Source: an uncultured Muribaculaceae bacterium
GTDB lineage: Bacteria; Cyanobacteriota; Vampirovibrionia; Gastranaerophilales; Gastranaerophilaceae
Length of the DNA: 64,000 nucleotides
Assembly: GCA_964473445.1 (NCBI GenBank)
Contig: CAYYPD010000001.1
Span: 1,891-65,890, forward strand
Direction: 5' to 3'
Both the position numbers and the translations under genes were made by a program. Below, in pieces: positions 57,422 to 64,000 of this stretch (position 1 is its first letter; every line of letters begins with the position of its first letter). Under the pieces are notes generated by a model. The model was not told the DNA's origin. It was given only the letters and a program-made list of their open reading frames with translations, and searched no databases.

Positions 57422-58558
57422 CTATTTATTTTCCGGGTCTGTTTTTTTACCAAATTCTTGAGGAGCATTTTCAGAAGCAACTTCTTTTATTCTCTTTTGA
57501 ATATTTTCAGGATTGTAATCTTCATTATAGAATTCAATCTTAGCTTCTTTTCTTAAAGACTCGATTTTATTTGAAAGGATGTCAATTTTATCTTGGCTTT
57601 CAAGGTAATTGATAATATCTTTCTTTGTTTCTTCAAAGTTCTTAGCGCCTGCTTCTTTTCTGTCAGTAACCATAATAATATGATAACCGTAAGGAGTTTG
57701 AACTACTTCGCTGATTGTATTAGGAGCTAATTTGAAAGCAACATCAGAGAATTGTTCAACCATTTCTTCTTTTGCAAAAAAACCTAAATCACCGCCGTTT
57801 AATGCACTACCCGGGTCTTGAGAGTTTTCTTTCGCAACTTTTGCAAATGTTGATGGAGCTCTTTTTACTTGTGATTGAAGTTTCTTAGCTTTTTCTAATT
57901 TTGCATCCATTTGTTGTTGGGTTTGAACTTCTAAATCCTCATCAGATATATCTTTATTTTTTTCTTTAATTTTTGCTTTAATTTGTTCGGGATTTGCAAC
58001 AATTAAAATATGAGAGGCTCTAACCTTTTGAGGATATTTAAACTTATCTTGGTTTGCATCATAGTATTTTTTTGCTTCACTTTCACCGATTGAAACCATT
58101 GCAATAGAATCGACAAATTTCTTTAATTTAATTTCTTCTTCCAAATCTTTTTTGAATTGAGAGTATTCAACTCCGTTCATTTTTAAAATTTGTTGAAATT
58201 GTTCTTTGTTGCCAAACTTGCTTACAACTTCTTCTTCCGCTTTAGCTAAATCTTCTTTTGTTACGGTAATTTTTCTTTTATCCATTTCTTCCGACAATAA
58301 AGCTTTTACCATAAGTTCAGACATAACTTTTTCTTTCATCATAAGAGCAAATACATTATCGGGGTCTTTTTGTAAATCAATACCCATTTGTGAAAACATA
58401 TTGTCAGATGAAACATCTTCGTATGCTTTATCAAATTCTTTTTGAGTAATTACGGTATCATTTATTTTCACAATGGCATTACCGTTATTTTTTATAGAAC
58501 AACCTGTGAAAAGAAACATTGCGATAAATGCAAATGCCGCTATTTTAAATTTATTCAT
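57422..58558 (-). CDS. Parvulin-type peptidyl-prolyl isomerase lipoprotein (SurA/PrsA-like)
   Basis: Lipobox LFTGC, and a parvulin core VRASHILI...GGDLGFF....M...F....F......S.VV.T.YGYHII. Confidence 0.82.
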   Translation of the reverse strand: MNKFKIAAFAFIAMFLFTGCSIKNNGNAIVKINDTVITQKEFDKAYEDVSSDNMFSQMGIDLQKDPDNVFALMMKEKVMSELMVKALLSEEMDKRKITVTKEDLAKAEEEVVSKFGNKEQFQQILKMNGVEYSQFKKDLEEEIKLKKFVDSIAMVSIGESEAKKYYDANQDKFKYPQKVRASHILIVANPEQIKAKIKEKNKDISDEDLEVQTQQQMDAKLEKAKKLQSQVKRAPSTFAKVAKENSQDPGSALNGGDLGFFAKEEMVEQFSDVAFKLAPNTISEVVQTPYGYHIIMVTDRKEAGAKNFEETKKDIINYLESQDKIDILSNKIESLRKEAKIEFYNEDYNPENIQKRIKEVASENAPQEFGKKTDPENK

Positions 58559-58577
58559 TTTTCTCTCCTTGGATTAA

Positions 58578-61500
58578 CTAACCATTATTACTTGGATTAT
58601 AATCATATCCTATCTTTAATATATGATAAAATAAATTCGACAGAATGTTAAATATTTCTTCAAATTTCATATAAGAATTGTTTACCAATAATATCCCTAT
58701 CCCGTCAGGGCAAGACTTTGGAGCCATTGTGTATTGAATATATTTCGTAATATTTTTATCTGTTTTTGTACTTATAATGTTCCATTCACCCCTTGATAGG
58801 TTTGTGTAAATCCTGATATAATTCCCGGATTCTTTTATAACAGAAATTCCCGCCTGTGTAGCCGAAAGTCGCAACGTTACCAATTTTATAAGATTTTCAA
58901 CAGGCTCAGACATTTTAGAAAATCTGTCTTTCCACTCTGCTTGAATAACTTCAAGTTCGTTCATTGACTTAACATCAGCCAAACGTTTATATTCAATCAT
59001 TTTTTGTTCTCTTGAGCCGACCCACTCATCAGGAATATATGCAGTTACGTTAATATCAACAATTGCAGGTTTATATTCAACAACTTTACCGTCTTTTAAC
59101 TTCATTACGGCTTCTTCCAACAGTTGGCAATAAGTGTCAAATCCGACATTAACCATTTGCCCGTGCTGTTTTGTGCCGAGTACGTTACCTATCCCTCTTA
59201 TTTCAATATCACGCATAGCAATTTGATAACCGCTGCCAAGACTCGTAAATTCTTTAATATATTTTAATCTCTTTATTGCATCTTGAGTTAAACTCTTGGG
59301 ATTTTTATATAGGCAGTAGCAAAATGCTTGTCTGTCCGTTCTTCCTACACGTCCTCTTATCTGATACAACTGAGCTAACCCAAAGCGATCCGCATCATGA
59401 ATTATCATTGTATTTGCATTAGGAATATCAAGTCCCGACTCAATAATTGTTGTACAAAGAAGAACGTCATACTCCTTATTTAAAAAGTCCGTCATTATTC
59501 GTTCAAGCTCATTTTTATCCGTTTGCCCGTGAGCTACCGCAAGTCTAACTTTCGGTACCAGTTTTTTCAACTGTTCCGAGAACTCATAAATACTTTCAAC
59601 CCTGTTATAAAGATAAAATACCTGACCTTCTCTTTCTATTTCATAGTTGATAGCGTTCTTAACAATACTCTCTTTAAATTCTCCGACAAAAGTTTTTACG
59701 GGAAGTCTGTTTGTCGGCGGAGTATTTATTATGCTCATATCTTTTATGCCTGATAACGACATGTAAAGGGTTCTCGGAATAGGTGTTGCTGACATTGTAA
59801 GAATATCAATGTTCTTTTTCAGCCTTTTTAGTTTTTCTTTGTGTTTTACCCCGAATTTATGCTCTTCATCTATTACCAATAAGCCTAAATTTTTAAATTG
59901 TATATCATCTTGAAGAAGCCTGTGTGTTCCGACAATTACATCAACTTCACCTAAAATCAATTTTTTAATTATTTCTTTTTGTTCTTTTGGAGTTTTAAAG
60001 CGAGAAAGGAATTCAACTCTTACAGGAAACGGCTTAAATCTTTCTGCAATAGTTTGATAATGCTGCATTGCAAGAATTGTTGTAGGAACTACTATCGCAG
60101 CTTGTTTTGATGACATAACAGCCTTGAATATGGCTCTTATTGCAACTTCTGTTTTCCCAAAACCGACATCTCCGCATATAAGTCTATCCATCGGTTTATC
60201 AGATTCCATATCCGCCTTTGTATCAGTAATAGCTTTCATTTGGTCAGGAGTTTCCGTATAACCGAAAGAATCTTCCATTTCATACTGCCAAACGGTATCA
60301 GGCTCGAACGCATACCCCTGCGATAATTTACGCATTGCATATAAATTAATTAAATCTTGAGCAACATCCTCAACCGCTTTTTTAACTTTAGATTTAGTAT
60401 TATTCCAATCATTCCCGCCCATTTTAGATAATGACGGAACTGCATTTCCTGACCCACGATATCTGCAAAGCATATTAATTTGCTCTGCAGGAATGTGTAA
60501 TTTATCACCGTGTGCATATTCAAGTGTCAAATAGTCTTTTTCTTCATTATCAATTACTTGTTTTGATAATCCTTTAAAAATCCCGATGCCATGCACCATG
60601 TGAACAATATAATCACCCTCTTTTATATCATTGAGAGTTTCAATAAAATCAAGATTTTCACGTCTGTAATTATATCTTGTTGCGGTTATATCTTTTGAAC
60701 GCTTGTTAAATAATTCTTTATCCGTAATAATAATCAACTTGCAATCTTCAATAATACTGCCGGCAAGAACTATTGCTTCAGTAATTATTACGGCATTCTT
60801 CTCATCAGAACTGTATGCATATGGAATTTCATACTCTTTTAAGATTTCTTCTACCCTGTTTTTGTACTCAGTTGAAATTAAAATGTGATATTTTTGCGAA
60901 AGTTTTTCTTTTACAAATTTTGCAATATCATCAAGACCTGACACAAAAAACGGTATTAACTCGGTATTTAATTCAATATTTACATCAAATTCATCAGATA
61001 TAAAATTGTCAAAATAAATCTTTTCAAAACCGCTTACCGTAGTTAAAAATTGAGATAAGTTTAAATGATTTTTATTATCTATATTTAATGTTAAATTCGT
61101 TTTTATATTCTCATCATACTGTTTTTCAAGATTATCAACAGTTTGCTCATATCTTGACTTAAATTGAGTATAATCATCAAAAATGAAAATAAAATCACTG
61201 TTTAAAAGCTCTGTTACAGGCTTTAGATTTGGATTAAATATGTTTTCATAATACTCTATTCCCTCAAAATAGTTTTCAGACTTCACATCCTCTAACATCT
61301 CAAGTTGATTTTCATTTTCTTTATCAATTGCTTTTTCAATTTTTTTGTATAAGTTTTTATCTGATAAAAATTTGTAAATCGGTTGAATTTTAACATTTCT
61401 AACTTTTTCAATACTTCTTTGAGTAGAATTATCAAATATTCTTATGTCAGTAACTGTATCACCCCAAAGTTCTATTCTGAAAGGATGTTCACTAAGCGGG

Positions 61501-62036
61501 TAAACGTCAATGATATCTCCTCTAACACTATATTCACCGACATCGGCTACCAATGTTTTTTTCTTATAACCCAATTTTACTAAACTTGAGGCGATTTCAC
61601 TTACATTAATATCATCATCAACATTTATTGAAATTTCATTTTTTACAAAAAAATCTTTAGTCGCAAATTTTTCAAACAACGCTTTTTGCGGTATTATAAT
61701 TATCTTTTCGGCATTCTGATTGTCTATAATTTGTAATTGTCGTGCATATTTATAAAGATTTTTAGAATTTGTATCGTAGATAGAACCGTCCTGATACGGA
61801 AAAATTACAGACTCAATTTCAAACATCATTTTTAAATCATTTTGAAATTTTAACGCATTTTGTTCGGTCTCGGTAACAAAAACAAGCTTTTTATTATTTT
61901 TTATCAAAAGTTGAGCAAGAATAATTAATTTTGTACAATTAGTTATTCCGCTTAAAGCAAAAGAAAAACCCTTGTTTAATAATGCACTGATTTTTTCTTC
62001 GTATTCACAATTCAAATTTTTGATAAATCTTTGCAT
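58578..62036 (-). CDS. mfd: Transcription-repair coupling factor
   Basis: 1152 aa with a UvrB-like N-terminus, a CarD-like domain, helicase motifs GDVGFGKTEVA and DEEHKFG, and a TRG motif region. Confidence 0.93.
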   Translation of the reverse strand: MQRFIKNLNCEYEEKISALLNKGFSFALSGITNCTKLIILAQLLIKNNKKLVFVTETEQNALKFQNDLKMMFEIESVIFPYQDGSIYDTNSKNLYKYARQLQIIDNQNAEKIIIIPQKALFEKFATKDFFVKNEISINVDDDINVSEIASSLVKLGYKKKTLVADVGEYSVRGDIIDVYPLSEHPFRIELWGDTVTDIRIFDNSTQRSIEKVRNVKIQPIYKFLSDKNLYKKIEKAIDKENENQLEMLEDVKSENYFEGIEYYENIFNPNLKPVTELLNSDFIFIFDDYTQFKSRYEQTVDNLEKQYDENIKTNLTLNIDNKNHLNLSQFLTTVSGFEKIYFDNFISDEFDVNIELNTELIPFFVSGLDDIAKFVKEKLSQKYHILISTEYKNRVEEILKEYEIPYAYSSDEKNAVIITEAIVLAGSIIEDCKLIIITDKELFNKRSKDITATRYNYRRENLDFIETLNDIKEGDYIVHMVHGIGIFKGLSKQVIDNEEKDYLTLEYAHGDKLHIPAEQINMLCRYRGSGNAVPSLSKMGGNDWNNTKSKVKKAVEDVAQDLINLYAMRKLSQGYAFEPDTVWQYEMEDSFGYTETPDQMKAITDTKADMESDKPMDRLICGDVGFGKTEVAIRAIFKAVMSSKQAAIVVPTTILAMQHYQTIAERFKPFPVRVEFLSRFKTPKEQKEIIKKLILGEVDVIVGTHRLLQDDIQFKNLGLLVIDEEHKFGVKHKEKLKRLKKNIDILTMSATPIPRTLYMSLSGIKDMSIINTPPTNRLPVKTFVGEFKESIVKNAINYEIEREGQVFYLYNRVESIYEFSEQLKKLVPKVRLAVAHGQTDKNELERIMTDFLNKEYDVLLCTTIIESGLDIPNANTMIIHDADRFGLAQLYQIRGRVGRTDRQAFCYCLYKNPKSLTQDAIKRLKYIKEFTSLGSGYQIAMRDIEIRGIGNVLGTKQHGQMVNVGFDTYCQLLEEAVMKLKDGKVVEYKPAIVDINVTAYIPDEWVGSREQKMIEYKRLADVKSMNELEVIQAEWKDRFSKMSEPVENLIKLVTLRLSATQAGISVIKESGNYIRIYTNLSRGEWNIISTKTDKNITKYIQYTMAPKSCPDGIGILLVNNSYMKFEEIFNILSNLFYHILKIGYDYNPSNNG

Positions 62037-62167
62037 AAATAAATTTTAAGACTATTAAATAAATTAATCAATCACCAAAGCAACACTCCAGTCTTTATAT
62101 TTACTACAAAGACTCATATTTATGTTAAAATTATTACAAATTGATAAATCTACAAGGAAGTATTGTT

Positions 62168-63256
62168 TTGAAGAAAAAATTATACCTTTTTAACGAATTT
62201 TTAAATGCCTTTATATATAGAAAAAATCCTGTTTATTTAATTCAATTTGTTACGGAAAGATGTAATGCACGGTGTCCGCACTGTTTTATTGATTTTAAAA
62301 AAGCAAAAAAAGAGCTTTCCACTGATAAAATTGAAAAATTGGCTTCTACATCCGGAAACTGTTTAAGAAATATCGCCTTAACCGGAGGGGAACCTTTTTT
62401 AAGAAAAGATTTGTTTGAAATTGCAGATATTTGATTTTTAAATTCTACTGCTAAAACAATATCAATTACTACTAACGGTAGTATGCCGGAACGAATAGAA
62501 GAATTTTGTCAAAAGATTGCAAAAAGAGATATACATGTTTTCTTCCTTTTTTCTTATGACTTTATTGCAGAAAAACATTCTGAATATAGGATGTTAAAAG
62601 ACTTACATCTCAATGTTCTGGAATCAAATAAAATAATAAAAAAATATTCACCTAAAATTCAATCGATTTTTCAACTTACAGTAAATGAGAACAACTATGA
62701 ATGCGCAATGAACACATATAATTATATGAAAAATAATTTAGGAATTGATAATATAAATTGCTCTTTGGTCAGAGGTTCATCTATTGAGAATGCTCCTATT
62801 GAAGTTCGAAATAAAGTCATTTCCGCTTATAAAGATTTTCAAACTTCGATATATAATGATATTGAAAATAAAATTTTAAAAGGTTATGATAATAATAATT
62901 TAACTTCTGCAATTTTAAATGCTAAGAACAGAATGCTTTGGAAATATGTAATAAAAGACTTTAAAGAACATAAATATATTTCTCCTTGTAGAGCAGGTGA
63001 GTTGTTGGGAATTATTTATTCAAACGGAGATGTATTCCCTTGCGAAATGTTAAATAAATGTTTTGGAAATTTAGAACAATTTGGTTACAATTATACAAAG
63101 TGTTGGAATTCAATTGAAGAAAAAAATATAAGAAAATTTATAAAAAAATCAAAATGCCATTGCACCTATGAATGTGCTTGGCTGGTTAATATTCTCTCCA
63201 CTTACAGATATTATCCGGAATTATTGTATCATATAGTAAATAAAATTAGGAAATAA
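62168..63256 (+). pseudogene. Radical SAM/SPASM protein interrupted by a single in-frame TGA (pseudogene or read-through)
   Basis: CNARCPHC (CX3CX2C) and GGEPFL. TGA at 62432-62434, after which the same frame continues FLNSTAKTISITTNGS.. through a C-terminal SPASM module (C-x12-G-x4-C ... CHCTYEC). The probable start is TTG 62168, with AAGGAAG upstream. Confidence 0.65.
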
Positions 63257-63257
63257 T

Positions 63258-64000
63258 ATGTTATTACAAGATATAGTTTCAATAATAATACCGGCAAGAA
63301 AAATTGATTATCTTTTAGAAAATAGTATTGTTGAAATACGTCAACAATATCCGCTTGTAAAAATTTATTTGATACTTGATACTATCTCTGCTGATGATTA
63401 TAAAAAAATTGATAAAAATATTTATTTACTAAAAGCTAAAAAGCATACTATGTCAGCAAAACGTAACCAAGCTGTAAAAGTTGCAAATTCAAAATATGCA
63501 TCATTAATTGATAGCGATGCATACCCTGATAGTAATTGGTTGGAAACCGGAATAAATTTTCTTGAAGAACATGCAGAATACTCCGCCGTTACCGGATGTC
63601 AATGGAATAATCCTAATGACTCGTTTTATCAAAAATGCCTAAGATTACTAAGATTTTCACCTTTATTTTCTCATAAAGAATGGAGAAAAATCATTGATTT
63701 TGATACTAAAAATGCTGATTGTGAAGAATTTATGACTTCAAATGTCATAATAAACAGGAATACATATTTAGCTTTAAATGGAATGAATGAAGATATTTAT
63801 TTGGCAGAAGATAATGAATTTTCAAGCAGAATGAACAAAGCCGGCTATAAAATAAGATTTATTTCTAAAATGCTGGTTTTTCACAGGGAATCAGAAACTA
63901 TCCCATTTTTATTAAAGTTTTTTTCTATTTCTAAATATTATGCAAAATGCTTTGGCACAAAACAATATTTAAAAAGCAACAGCAAAACATTTTCTCAATT
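63258..64000 (+). CDS. Glycosyltransferase family 2, 3'-partial
   Basis: The frame is open to the window edge. VSIIIPARK, the DxD-like IDSDAYP, and LAEDNEF. Confidence 0.8.
   Translation, partial: MLLQDIVSIIIPARKIDYLLENSIVEIRQQYPLVKIYLILDTISADDYKKIDKNIYLLKAKKHTMSAKRNQAVKVANSKYASLIDSDAYPDSNWLETGINFLEEHAEYSAVTGCQWNNPNDSFYQKCLRLLRFSPLFSHKEWRKIIDFDTKNADCEEFMTSNVIINRNTYLALNGMNEDIYLAEDNEFSSRMNKAGYKIRFISKMLVFHRESETIPFLLKFFSISKYYAKCFGTKQYLKSNSKTFSQ

Noticed and set aside
62122-62193. A 23-codon ORF (MLKLLQIDKSTRKYCFEEKIIPF) just upstream of and overlapping the radical SAM gene, considered as a RiPP precursor.
   Set aside because: It overlaps the enzyme's own start region in another frame, has no RBS and has only one Cys. 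The resemblance to a precursor is not supported.

Overview
This is an AT-rich bacterial chromosomal window that is densely coded and mostly housekeeping. The gene content points to a diderm, LPS-making, strictly fermentative anaerobe. Supporting genes are an LpxL-like acyltransferase, lpxD-lpxC-fabZ-lpxA, heptose-1-P adenylyltransferase, a TamB-like giant protein, a SurA/PrsA-like PPIase, RseP, anaerobic NrdDG, PPi-dependent PFK, HemW and flavodoxin-type proteins. Firmicute/cyanobacteria-like operon fragments are also present: rplS-rbgA-rnhB, pgpH-ybeY-dgkA, efp-accB and gmk-coaBC. There is one tRNA-Lys(UUU). I found no rRNA, CRISPR array, integrase, transposase or prophage, and no convincing multi-gene defence or biosynthetic island. 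The unusual signals are small-scale. (1) An orphan promoter-to-terminator unit encodes a ~170-nt highly structured RNA. (2) A two-copy sRNA-like module shares an identical G-free 23-mer. (3) A Fic gene next to the tRNA is bracketed by a 19-nt hairpin repeat. (4) An alpha-glucan phosphorylase homologue lacks the PLP lysine. (5) HisA, HisI and HisE are fused in one gene. (6) A radical SAM protein carries its SPASM/twitch-type Cys module at the N-terminus. (7) A second radical SAM/SPASM gene has one in-frame TGA, in a window where TGA is almost never used as a stop. (8) Several decayed genes are present: an AKR and pilin-like fragments. All product calls come from motif recognition by eye, because no database search was possible.
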